Positions 1 through 9,212 of a DNA stretch of 64,000 bases are shown one piece after another. Origin of the DNA: Oligoflexia bacterium (GTDB lineage: Bacteria > Bdellovibrionota > Bdellovibrionia > JABDDW01); the NCBI GenBank assembly GCA_043732305.1, contig JAYTHU010000094.1, forward strand, positions 562 through 64,561. The letters are read 5' to 3'. Every line of letters begins with the position of its first letter. Within the stretch, counting starts at the first letter, position 1. Under the pieces are notes generated by a model. It searched no databases. It had not been told where the DNA came from and saw nothing but the letters and a program-made list of their open reading frames with translations. Position numbers and translations under genes: made by a program.

Positions 1-754
1 ACCAATAGACCCAAAGGCCAACGCCCATTGAGAATATAAAGATTGAAATGAACTGGCTGGTGCTCAAGTAAGGATCGATGACAAATCCGCGAATAGTGTC
101 GCCACGATATATTTCCACGATGCTGCGGCCGATGGCATAAAGAATCATGTAAATGCAAAGCTGCTGACCCATGAACTTTTTGTGTTTTTTGGCAATCATC
201 AGCACACCAAAAATTAAAAGTGCATTGAGAGCATCATAAAGTTGGGTAGGGTGCAGAGGAATTCCCAATGGAGCGAGTGAAAGTGGGTTTGAAAAAGTCA
301 CGGCCCAGGGAAGACTTCCTTCGACAGGTTTTCCAAAACAACAACCGGCAGAAAAACAGCCGAGTCGTCCAAAAAAGTGTGCGATGGCTAATGAAGGTAC
401 CGCGATGTCTACGATTTGCAAAAACGGTAATTTGTTTCGACGGCAATAAATGTAGAACGCCGTGATACCGCCGATGAATCCGCCGTAAAAAACCAATCCA
501 CCTTCCCAGAAATAAAGAACTTCTGCGACGTGTTGGCTGAAATAATCCCAGCGAGTGATGATGTAAACGATTCGTCCACCGAGAAGACCGGCGCCCAATC
601 CCCAAAACGAAACGTCCACAATTCTCTCGGGATTAATGCCCTGACGTCTAGCTTCTTTTTGCACGAAGTAAAGTCCGACGAGAAAGCCGGTGACAATCAT
701 CAATCCGTAGGTGTGAATTTTCAAAAATCCAAACTTAAAGAGCAGTGGATACAT
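1..754 (-). CDS. lgt: Prolipoprotein diacylglyceryl transferase paralog. It is partial: the C-terminus lies beyond the window start.
   Basis: It is missing from the ORF track because it runs off the window edge. Reverse-complement translation from the ATG (complement of 752-754) gives MYPLLFKFGFLKIHTYGLMIVTGF...YGGFIGGITAFYIY...GRLGCFSAGCCFGKP...GIPLHPTQLYDAL. The G-R-x-G-C-F-x-x-G-C-C-x-G and HPTQLY motifs are the Lgt signature. Confidence 0.8.
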   Translation of the reverse strand, partial: MYPLLFKFGFLKIHTYGLMIVTGFLVGLYFVQKEARRQGINPERIVDVSFWGLGAGLLGGRIVYIITRWDYFSQHVAEVLYFWEGGLVFYGGFIGGITAFYIYCRRNKLPFLQIVDIAVPSLAIAHFFGRLGCFSAGCCFGKPVEGSLPWAVTFSNPLSLAPLGIPLHPTQLYDALNALLIFGVLMIAKKHKKFMGQQLCIYMILYAIGRSIVEIYRGDTIRGFVIDPYLSTSQFISIFIFSMGVGLWVYW

Positions 755-1625
755 TTCTAGGTCCTTTGGTTTTCATTAAAAAATAAATTCCACATATGAC
801 GAGCACGATGCTTAGCCATGAGGATATACTCAGATTAAAGACAGTTTGGCCGCGAAAGTCATCACGAAACTGCTCGATCCACGCTCGACCTAAGCCGTGC
901 AGCACCAACCACAGAGAAAATATGAATCCTGGCATAGGATTAAACCGTGCTTGGGCAGTTCCAAGCTTTGCATTTCTCCGAGCCACTCTTTCAACCACGA
1001 GAAGCACAATCACGACTAGCCATTCCCAACCCGTGCAGTAAAGTTGGGTGGGGTGTAGCGGAATTCCTGTCGGTGCGTCGATTAAATTTCCGGTAGCACT
1101 GCCGGTCATACCCCCTGCGTAAGCCGCTGGAAATGTGACTGCCCATGGCATATGGGAAAGCCTGCCATAGCAACAACCGGCGGTGAAGCATCCGATGCGG
1201 CCTAATCCGTAGCCAAAAGCAAGAACAGGTGCAAGCAGATCGGCATAGAGAAAATAATCGAATCGCTTTTTACACCAATAGATCCAAGTGGCAATCATGG
1301 CCCCAATGAATCCGCCGTAGAAAACAAATCCACCATACCAAAACATTAAAATATATGACGGGTGGCTAAAGTAAAAAGCAGGTTGTTCGTAAAGCACATG
1401 AATAAGTCGTCCGCCAATGAATGCACCCAACATAATGCAAAACGAAAGATCTAATACCGTGTTCACCTGAAACACTTGGCTGTTGTCTCCGGGAAGTTTT
1501 AGCTGCTTATTTTGACTTTTTGCGCGTTTGACGGCCCAGTAGATTGAAAGGCAAAAAGCGAGGCTAGTAAAAACATAATAAGTTGGAATAAATCCCCGAA
1601 CTGGATCAGGGAGAAACGGCCACAC
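735..1625 (-). CDS. lgt: Prolipoprotein diacylglyceryl transferase.
   Basis: 296-aa ORF with YGGFIGAMIATWIY, GRIGCFTAGCCYG and GIPLHPTQLY motifs. It is multi-TM and hydrophobic. Its 3' end overlaps the start of the downstream lgt paralog by 20 nt. Confidence 0.85.
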   Translation of the reverse strand: MWPFLPDPVRGFIPTYYVFTSLAFCLSIYWAVKRAKSQNKQLKLPGDNSQVFQVNTVLDLSFCIMLGAFIGGRLIHVLYEQPAFYFSHPSYILMFWYGGFVFYGGFIGAMIATWIYWCKKRFDYFLYADLLAPVLAFGYGLGRIGCFTAGCCYGRLSHMPWAVTFPAAYAGGMTGSATGNLIDAPTGIPLHPTQLYCTGWEWLVVIVLLVVERVARRNAKLGTAQARFNPMPGFIFSLWLVLHGLGRAWIEQFRDDFRGQTVFNLSISSWLSIVLVICGIYFLMKTKGPRNVSTAL

Positions 1626-1626
1626 C

Positions 1627-2157
1627 TTAATTCAGCTCAGTTTTAGTAGGGGCTGTAAGGTCGGGCGATGGAGTTTGCATCTCAGCTTTTTTGAAGAGCA
1701 TTTGTAAAAGCAAAATACAGACTCCAACAACAATTGCGGAATCTGCTACATTGAAAGCGGGAAAGTAGTGATCATAAAAATGAAAATAAAGAAAATCAAT
1801 GACGTATTTAAATCTCAATCGATCGATATAATTTCCGATGGCTCCGCCAAAAACTAAAGACAAAGAAAGTATCGTCGTTTTTTGATCTTCAGAAGTGGCT
1901 CTGAGCAAACCAATGATAACAAGCAAGGCTGCAAGTGGGATCACCGAGAAAAATGTTTCTCGAAAAGCCGGCGGCATAGCTGCGAAAATCCCGAAAGCGG
2001 CGCCAGGGTTTCTCACGTAAGTGATATCAAAAATGTTTGCAATCATCGAGCTAGATTGGCCAAGAAAAAAATGAGTGTGAATATAAGTTTTAGTGAGTTG
2101 ATCGAGAGCAATGATCATTCCGCTGATGCTAGCTAAAAGTAAATATTTTATCTTCAA
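1627..2157 (-). CDS. lspA: Lipoprotein signal peptidase (signal peptidase II).
   Basis: 176 aa with NPGAAFG, GGAIGNYIDR and FPAFNVADSAI motifs. It sits in the classic ileS-lspA arrangement. Confidence 0.9.
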   Translation of the reverse strand: MKIKYLLLASISGMIIALDQLTKTYIHTHFFLGQSSSMIANIFDITYVRNPGAAFGIFAAMPPAFRETFFSVIPLAALLVIIGLLRATSEDQKTTILSLSLVFGGAIGNYIDRLRFKYVIDFLYFHFYDHYFPAFNVADSAIVVGVCILLLQMLFKKAEMQTPSPDLTAPTKTELN

Positions 2158-2167
2158 ATTATCCTCT

Positions 2168-5053
2168 TCAGGCTAGAGCCTTTACACATTTGGGGCAGAC
2201 GCCGGGAAATCGACTTTCAGCTCCAGTTAGAATGCTGTAGTTCCAGCAGCGCACGCACTTTTCTCCGTCGGCTTTTTGAATTCTCACGCTGGTCCCGGCA
2301 CTTTCGGATAAAACCACTTGCGAAACAATGAAAATACTTGGGAGATCGTTCTCGTACTTTTTAATAGTTTGCATGTCTTCCCGGGAAAGAGCGAGCAAAA
2401 CTTTAGCCTCGAGACTTGCACCAATGAGTTTTTCTTTGCGGGCCTCTTCTAAATGCTTTTGAACGAATGATCTCACTTCAAAAACTTGCGCCCACTCTGA
2501 TTCTATCCCCGCGTGCTTCCACTGTTCCAAAGGCACAGGAAAGTCTGTCAGGAAAATGCTCTGAGCTTTTTCACCAGGGAGAGAGGCATATACTTCTTCG
2601 CACAAAAACGAAAGAATCGGAGCCATGACGCCAACAAGATTTCTTAAAATCTGATAGATCACGGTTTGTGCCGCTCTTCTTTCAGGGCCAGTCTTTTTGA
2701 AAGTGTAAAGACGGTCTTTCAATATATCTAAGTAAGTCGCTGAGAGATCAACTGTGCAGTAGTTTTGAAGGGCGTGATAAATTTTATGATACTCATAAGC
2801 TTCATAAGCTTGTTTTGAAGTGGTCATGAAATCATAAAGTTTTGAGAGTGCCCACTTGTCTATTGGAAATAATTTTTCAAATTCGACAGTGTCTTTTGAA
2901 GGATCAAAATCTGAAAGGTTGCTTAAAATATATCGGCAAGTGTTCCTGACTCGACGATAACTTTCAGTCACGCGATCAAAACTTTCTTGGCCGGCTGCTA
3001 AATCATTTGTGTAATCTTCGTACGAAGTCCAAAGGCGCAAAATTTCTGCACCACTTTTTTCAATAAATTTGAGCGGGTCAACGACGTTGCCTAAACTCTT
3101 GGACATTTTTCTACCCTGAGCATCATTGACAAAACCATGAGTGAGAACTGTTTTGAACGGTGCTTTGTCATTCATTGCCACCGATGTCATGAGGCTCGAT
3201 TGGAACCATCCACGATGTTGATCGGACCCTTCTGAATAAAGATCGGCGGGGACCCCGTCCTTGTAACGTTTTGCTTGAACCGCTTCATGGCAAACTCCAC
3301 TATCAAACCAAACATCCAAGGTGTCTTTGCCGCGTCTGAATTTGTCATGACCACATTTGCTGCAAGACTTTTTATCAGATTGGTAGTCAGTGATTTCTGA
3401 ACTGTACCAACTTTCTAATCCTTCTTTTTCCATTCGATCGGCAACCAAATTCATGAGCTTGCCCGAAGTTTCATACTGTCCACAAGACTCGCAATAATAA
3501 ACGGGGATTGGAACGCCCCAAAGTCTTTGACGACTGATGCACCAGTCTGGGCGATTTTCCACCATGGCGGTGATGCGATTTTGTCCCCAAGCGGGAATCC
3601 ATTTTACATATTTAATTTCTCTCAAGGCGCGTGCGCGGAGGCTTTCACCGGATTTTGCTTCATCCATGGAAATAAACCATTGGGAGGTAGCCCGGAATAT
3701 CACTGGATTGTGGCAGCGCCAACAGTGGGGGAAGCTGTGATTGATCATGACCTCAGCAGCCAAATGTTTTGAAAGTTTCAAATTCTCAATGATTTTTGGA
3801 TTGGCATCAAAAACTCGGATGCCTTTCATATCTGGGTAAAGATCCGAATATTTTCCCCAATCGTCGACTGGGTTTAAACTCGCAATTCCATAGTTTTTGC
3901 AAACGAGATAATCTTCCACACCGTGTGCAGGTGCTGTGTGAACTGCACCTGTTCCGGCATCGAGAGTGACGTGATCACCCAAAATGACGGGGCCTTGACG
4001 TGAAGAAATAAACGGATGTTGGTAAACCAATCCTTCTGTTCCTTCAACGGAAATAGAAATGTTTTCTCCTCGGTCATCAAACTTGATCTGACTTCCTTCG
4101 CCGAATCCAATGTCTTTGCCTTTGAATTTTTTAAGCAAAGTTAAAGTTTGGCCGGTTGCCGTTTCAACAACACCTTCTAGTTCGAGTGCGATGATCCAAT
4201 TTTCCGCTAGATTTCCCGGCGCATTTTCTCCAGAGCCATCGACTTCAAATAAACCATACTCAAAATCGGGATGAATGCTCACTGCTAGGTTTGCTGGCAA
4301 GGACCAAGGAGTTGTGGTCCAGATCACAACATAAGTTTTGTTTTCTGGATTTCCTAATTTCTGCAACCCTTTAACAACTTCGAATTTAACGTAAATGGAA
4401 GGATCTTTGCGATCTGCATATTCAACTTCAGCTTCAGCAAGCGCTGTTCCATCGGACCAGCACCAATTGACAGGTTTTTCTCCGCGATAAACAAAACCAT
4501 TGTCATAAATTTTAGCTAGTGATCTGACAACGTCGGCCTCATAAGTGTAATCCATGGTGCGGTAGGGATGATCCCAATCAGCCAAAACACCAAGACGGCG
4601 GAACTGTTCTTTTTGTGAGGCCACAAATTTTTCAGCATATGCTCTGCATAACCCACGAAACTCAGCGTCGGTTTTCTCGCGTTTTTTATTTCCAAGTTCT
4701 TTGCTCACGGCATGCTCAATGGGAAGTCCGTGACAATCCCATCCAGGAATGAACGCGGATTTAAGTCCAATCATTGAGCGATATTTAATTGCAAAATCTT
4801 TAAGCAATTTATCTAAACAGTGCCCGATGTGAATGTTCCCATTGGCGTAAGGTGGACCGTCAGGCATGACAAATTCTTTGTTCGCTTTGTTTTTTTCTTG
4901 AATGAGATTGTAAAGTTGCTCGCCGTCCCATTTTTTAATCATCTCGGGTTCTCTCACGGAGAGACTGGCCTTCATGGGGAATTCAGTTTGGGGAAGATTG
5001 AGCGTGTTTTGATAAATGTCAGCGTTGTTTTTTTTATCTTCGTCTTGAGTCAT
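2168..5053 (-). CDS. ileS: Isoleucine--tRNA ligase.
   Basis: 961 aa with HIGH (NIHIGHCLDK) and KMSKS motifs. A C-terminal Cys cluster (CVRCWNY...CPKC) marks the zinc-finger type. An AAGAGG ribosome-binding site sits upstream. Confidence 0.95.
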   Translation of the reverse strand: MTQDEDKKNNADIYQNTLNLPQTEFPMKASLSVREPEMIKKWDGEQLYNLIQEKNKANKEFVMPDGPPYANGNIHIGHCLDKLLKDFAIKYRSMIGLKSAFIPGWDCHGLPIEHAVSKELGNKKREKTDAEFRGLCRAYAEKFVASQKEQFRRLGVLADWDHPYRTMDYTYEADVVRSLAKIYDNGFVYRGEKPVNWCWSDGTALAEAEVEYADRKDPSIYVKFEVVKGLQKLGNPENKTYVVIWTTTPWSLPANLAVSIHPDFEYGLFEVDGSGENAPGNLAENWIIALELEGVVETATGQTLTLLKKFKGKDIGFGEGSQIKFDDRGENISISVEGTEGLVYQHPFISSRQGPVILGDHVTLDAGTGAVHTAPAHGVEDYLVCKNYGIASLNPVDDWGKYSDLYPDMKGIRVFDANPKIIENLKLSKHLAAEVMINHSFPHCWRCHNPVIFRATSQWFISMDEAKSGESLRARALREIKYVKWIPAWGQNRITAMVENRPDWCISRQRLWGVPIPVYYCESCGQYETSGKLMNLVADRMEKEGLESWYSSEITDYQSDKKSCSKCGHDKFRRGKDTLDVWFDSGVCHEAVQAKRYKDGVPADLYSEGSDQHRGWFQSSLMTSVAMNDKAPFKTVLTHGFVNDAQGRKMSKSLGNVVDPLKFIEKSGAEILRLWTSYEDYTNDLAAGQESFDRVTESYRRVRNTCRYILSNLSDFDPSKDTVEFEKLFPIDKWALSKLYDFMTTSKQAYEAYEYHKIYHALQNYCTVDLSATYLDILKDRLYTFKKTGPERRAAQTVIYQILRNLVGVMAPILSFLCEEVYASLPGEKAQSIFLTDFPVPLEQWKHAGIESEWAQVFEVRSFVQKHLEEARKEKLIGASLEAKVLLALSREDMQTIKKYENDLPSIFIVSQVVLSESAGTSVRIQKADGEKCVRCWNYSILTGAESRFPGVCPKCVKALA

Positions 5054-5076
5054 GTTGGCCTCTTTTTAGAGAAAAT

Positions 5077-5619
5077 TTATTCGATAAGATTTTTGATTGT
5101 TTTGTAAGCAACAACTAAGCACATGCGAATGACTTCCGCATCGGAGCTAAGATTAAGACCATCGCGAATCTCATTCAAGATCTGACGGCTTTTGGGGTCG
5201 AGCTTGAGAGAATTTAAAAGCTGAGCGGGACTTGGAGTTTGTTGTTGAGCCTGTTGGGATTGCATTTGCACCTGCACCTGCATGGCTTGGCCCTGCTGCT
5301 GTTGCTGCGCTTGAGGAAACACATTGGGGTTCACAGGCTGTGTTGCTTCGTAGTGGGGTTGAGCTTGAGGGACAACTTCTGGAGGATCAAACTGTTCCAT
5401 CTCTGCTCGGAGATTTTGCAAAGTTTTTTGGAAGTCGTGTGATTTTTTGGTTTGAGCGTCGGGCTGAAATTTATCAAGGGTGCCCATAGATTTTGCGCGC
5501 AGGTAATTAAGAACCATTTGTTCCATGGTTTTTAATTCTTCGCGAACATGTGGTGGAAGCGTCTGAATCCATTTGTACGCTTCCCCAATATCGCGTGCTG
5601 TATATGCCTGCGGTATCAA
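5077..5619 (-). CDS. Hypothetical Gln-rich protein. Its C-terminus may be a ribbon-helix-helix-like segment.
   Basis: 180-aa ORF co-directional between the sigma-54 regulator and ileS. The central Q/A-rich tract is QAQQQQQGQAMQVQVQMQSQQAQQQ. The C-terminus KLDPKSRQILNEIRDGLNLSSDAEVIRMCLVVAY has a strand-helix-helix pattern. No family recognised. Confidence 0.55.
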   Translation of the reverse strand: MIPQAYTARDIGEAYKWIQTLPPHVREELKTMEQMVLNYLRAKSMGTLDKFQPDAQTKKSHDFQKTLQNLRAEMEQFDPPEVVPQAQPHYEATQPVNPNVFPQAQQQQQGQAMQVQVQMQSQQAQQQTPSPAQLLNSLKLDPKSRQILNEIRDGLNLSSDAEVIRMCLVVAYKTIKNLIE

Positions 5620-5706
5620 GATTTGGCTTCCCCATTTTTGGCCGTTGTTATTGTGAAAATTGGAGCTTCATTTAACCTGAAATCCAGATTCTCGGCAAGC
5701 TGGAAA

Positions 5707-7137
5707 TTACTCTTTTATGGCCGAAAAATCCCTCGGATTGATGGCATATTTTTCTATCTTTCTTAAGAGAGTTTTCTTAGGAATATTGGCATGGAGCGCG
5801 GTCTGATTGATTCGACCTTTGAATATTTTCAAGGCCTTGATTATAAACTCTTTTTCGAAGAGTTCCTTTTGTTTATTGAAATCTAAAAGCTCCTGGCCGC
5901 CATTGGGCGATGTTGCTGAGATGGAGTCTTCGAGCACGTCGCCCGTGCCTGCGACCTCATCCAAGCCTGAGATATTCTCAGGGAGACTTCTTAAAGTGAT
6001 CTTGTTCGATCCTTCGATAATAAAAGAATGCTCTATCACATTTTCGAGTTCGCGAATGTTTCCAGGCCAGTCATAGTTCTTCAAAGCTAGGAGTGCTTCC
6101 CCAGTGACCCCAGTAATTTCGCGCTCATGGCTTTTGTTGAACTTAGAAACAAAAAGTTCAATGAGATGCTCCATGTCGCTTTTTCTTTCACGAAGTGGTG
6201 GTAGCATCACTGGGATGACATTCAATCTGTAAAAAAGATCTTCACGGAATTGACCGGCTTTGATCATTTCTTCCAGATTACGATTTGTCGCAGCAATAAT
6301 TCTAACATCACTTTCAACTTCTCGATTTGCACCGACCGGAGTAAATTTTTTCTCTTGAAGCACACGCAGAAGTTTGACTTGCATGGCCATCGAGAGATCG
6401 CCAACTTCATCTAAGAATAAAGTTCCACCTTCAGCAAATTGAAATTTTCCAATCTTTCTTTGATCGGCTCCCGTGAAAGAACCTTTTTCGTGGCCGAAGA
6501 GTTCACTTTCAAAAAGTGTTTCGGGTATGGCTGAACAATTGATCGCGACAATCTTTTCACTTTTTCTTTGGCTATTGTAATGAATTGCGCGTGAGACAAG
6601 TTCTTTTCCCGTTCCAGACTCTCCACGAATCAATACGGGCGTGCTGACTTTGGAAAGTTTATTGATAATATTAAAAACTTTTTGCATCTCTCGGCTGCCA
6701 CTCATAAATTTCTGGCCACCTTCGAGTGTCAATGTTGGTGCACTGGCCGCCACTCTCTCGACTAAATCATGAGCCTCAAAAGCACGCTCGGTCATTTCTA
6801 AAATCTCACTGTGTTTGATCGGCTTAGAAACGTAATTGTACGCGCCTTCACGAACCGCTTTGACCGCGTCTTCTAGGCGACTATGTGCAGTTAAAATAAT
6901 CACAATAATTCGAGGGTCATGTTCTTTGATAAATTTCAGAGCTTCAAGGCCATTCAGCTGAGGCATGTCGACATCTAGGATGACGAGTGAATAATCCGCT
7001 CCCGCTTTTTTAACTTTAGCGACGGCCTCTAAACCATCTGCTGCTTCCTCTATTTCATATTTTCCAGAAGCTGCAAGTGCAGACTTTACGGATGCGCGTA
7101 GAGCTGAATCATCATCGACAACTAAAACTTTAGTCAT
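5707..7137 (-). CDS. Sigma-54-dependent response regulator (NtrC family: REC + AAA+ + HTH).
   Basis: The N-terminal receiver reads VLVVDDD...ILDVDMP. A Walker A motif (GESGTGKE) and a GAFTGA-type loop (GSFTGA) are present. The protein ends in a helix-turn-helix. Confidence 0.9.
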   Translation of the reverse strand: MTKVLVVDDDSALRASVKSALAASGKYEIEEAADGLEAVAKVKKAGADYSLVILDVDMPQLNGLEALKFIKEHDPRIIVIILTAHSRLEDAVKAVREGAYNYVSKPIKHSEILEMTERAFEAHDLVERVAASAPTLTLEGGQKFMSGSREMQKVFNIINKLSKVSTPVLIRGESGTGKELVSRAIHYNSQRKSEKIVAINCSAIPETLFESELFGHEKGSFTGADQRKIGKFQFAEGGTLFLDEVGDLSMAMQVKLLRVLQEKKFTPVGANREVESDVRIIAATNRNLEEMIKAGQFREDLFYRLNVIPVMLPPLRERKSDMEHLIELFVSKFNKSHEREITGVTGEALLALKNYDWPGNIRELENVIEHSFIIEGSNKITLRSLPENISGLDEVAGTGDVLEDSISATSPNGGQELLDFNKQKELFEKEFIIKALKIFKGRINQTALHANIPKKTLLRKIEKYAINPRDFSAIKE

Positions 7138-7165
7138 ACAAACTCCTTGTGATCAAAGACGCTTA

Positions 7166-8986
7166 TTAAACGGGTAAATCAATAGTGAATTGTGAGCCTT
7201 TGGTAAACTCAGACTCCACGTTGATTTGCCCGCCATGAAGCTCCACAAAATATTTGGCTAGATACAAACCTAAACCAGAACCTTTGATGGATGTCTCTTT
7301 GACATGCTTACTTCTATAAAACTTCAAAAACACATTGTCTATTTCATCTTGAGGAATGCCTCGCCCTTGATCTTTCACTTGCACTTGGATGCGGCCATTT
7401 TCTTCTTTCGAACAAATGGTTATCTTTGTGCCTTCTTTGCTGTACTTGATAGCATTTTCTATGAGGTTTGCAAGCGCCTGACGAATCAATTCAACATCTA
7501 CTTTGATGCTGAAAAGTGGTTCGAGCTGGGTTTCAAATTCAATATTTTTACTCTGGGCGAGAAATTCAAATTTCTTTACCACTTCATCAATCAAAGCGTT
7601 GATGTCACGACTCGTGCGATGAAGTTTAACGGCTTTGTCCTCGATGCGACTCACATCTAAAATACTGCCTATAAACCCGTTGAGCTGCTCACTCGAAAAA
7701 ATAATTGTTTGCAGAGCTTCCTTCTGATTTACCGCCAGACGTTCACTGTCGATAAGAGCAATCTCTGCCATTCCTTGAATACGCGCGATCGGCGTTTTCA
7801 AATCGTGGCTCATCATCGACATAAAATTTGTTTTAAGTTCTTCGACTTGCATGAGAAGTTTATTTTTCTGCTCGAACTCCCAACCACGTTTGTTTTCCAC
7901 AATGAGTCGATAGGGAATAAAGAAATAATAAGACACAAAAATCGCGATCAACGGATGAGTCATGTTCATCCAGTAACCAAAAATCACAAAGAGCAAATAA
8001 GAAAACGCGGCAAATCCGGCTGCCTGAGCCATGAGCAAGGTGATTCCTTTAACGGGTCTCACTGACCACACCACGAGCACGGTCAAATAAGAAACCGCTG
8101 CCGTAAATATAAGATCCCAAAGACTGCCAATTTTTTTGTAACCGTTATTTTGAATGAGAGTATTGATGATATTGGCTTGCCCTTCAAGACGGGACATGGC
8201 GAGCGGATCTCTTGAGTAAGGAGTGAGGATATAGTCTTCTGTGTCCGCGACGTTGTCTGTTCCGACGAGCACGATTTTTCCAGTGAAGCTTCCTTTGGGA
8301 AATCGACCATCTCTCACATCGATAAAACTCCATGGCTTGAACGTTCCTGCAGGAGCAAAATGAATGAGCGTGAATTCAGATCCATCGGCTTCAAAACGGC
8401 CACGAATATTTCCAATGGTGCCTTTGGCCATTTGAGCCAGTTTATATTGGAGCGTGGATTCATCTTCAAGACTCACCAGCAGACGGCGAGTGACTTTGTC
8501 TCCCGCAAACGTGATGTTGTCTCGTGTTATCGGGGCTGAACCCAAATTTAAAGTGTCATAAGGTTCCGGAAGTTTGAGTTGAGCATAGGAACTCACGGGA
8601 GAAATTTGATCTGTGGCAAAATAAAGTTGTGGTAAGGATTTTGCGTAATCCACAAAATTTATTTTCTCGGCAGGCTGTCCTTCCCACTTTGCGGGATCAT
8701 TCATAAAAATAACTGCTTGGGGTCTATCGCTTATAATTTCTTTGAGTAAATCAGTTTGGTCGGTGACCTTTGGTTCTTGTTTGAGAGCGTTCATTGTTTT
8801 CAGATCAAGCGCTACCAATTCTATTTTTTCTGAAATCTTGGAAGGCGGACTTAACCTGACGCGAACATCGTAAAGAGCGCCTTCGATAAAACTCAATGGG
8901 AATTGGGTGATTAGCCACGCAATGGTAACAGCTCCGAAGAACCGTACTAAAGGGTAGAATTTCTTCCATTTCACGACAATTTTCAT
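7166..8986 (-). CDS. Sensor histidine kinase with a periplasmic CHASE2-like domain.
   Basis: The track ORF extends to 9109, but MKIVVKWKKFYPLVRFFGAVTIAWL (start codon complement at 8984-8986, preceded by a GAGGAA ribosome-binding site) is the plausible start. It carries an extracytoplasmic domain, transmembrane helices, a HisKA motif (MSHDLKTP) and an HATPase_c region (GSGLGLYLAKYFVELHGG). Confidence 0.8.
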   Translation of the reverse strand: MKIVVKWKKFYPLVRFFGAVTIAWLITQFPLSFIEGALYDVRVRLSPPSKISEKIELVALDLKTMNALKQEPKVTDQTDLLKEIISDRPQAVIFMNDPAKWEGQPAEKINFVDYAKSLPQLYFATDQISPVSSYAQLKLPEPYDTLNLGSAPITRDNITFAGDKVTRRLLVSLEDESTLQYKLAQMAKGTIGNIRGRFEADGSEFTLIHFAPAGTFKPWSFIDVRDGRFPKGSFTGKIVLVGTDNVADTEDYILTPYSRDPLAMSRLEGQANIINTLIQNNGYKKIGSLWDLIFTAAVSYLTVLVVWSVRPVKGITLLMAQAAGFAAFSYLLFVIFGYWMNMTHPLIAIFVSYYFFIPYRLIVENKRGWEFEQKNKLLMQVEELKTNFMSMMSHDLKTPIARIQGMAEIALIDSERLAVNQKEALQTIIFSSEQLNGFIGSILDVSRIEDKAVKLHRTSRDINALIDEVVKKFEFLAQSKNIEFETQLEPLFSIKVDVELIRQALANLIENAIKYSKEGTKITICSKEENGRIQVQVKDQGRGIPQDEIDNVFLKFYRSKHVKETSIKGSGLGLYLAKYFVELHGGQINVESEFTKGSQFTIDLPV

Positions 8987-9212
8987 GGATTCCTCGCACC
9001 CGTTCTGGTGCCGCGATCCTTTTATTAGCAATCTCAAGGCCGGCCTAAAGTCTGGTTTGAGAACGTTGGGATCGATCTGACGCAAGTAGCGTGGCTTTTT
9101 TCGCCGCAAGTGGTGTCAAAATGACACTTTCTGTCGTGATTTTTTTTCCGGGATAACGCGGAAGTGCTTACGCCGCGTTACTACTTCCGGGCCATCCAAG
9201 TTTTATTAAGCT

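Noticed and set aside
3527-4110. Several 65-80-aa ORFs antisense to or nested within ileS, with similar small antisense ORFs inside murE, murF, flhA, aspS and others.
   Set aside because: They lie fully inside long, well-supported genes on the opposite strand or in another frame. They have no ribosome-binding site or domain signal. They are typical six-frame noise.
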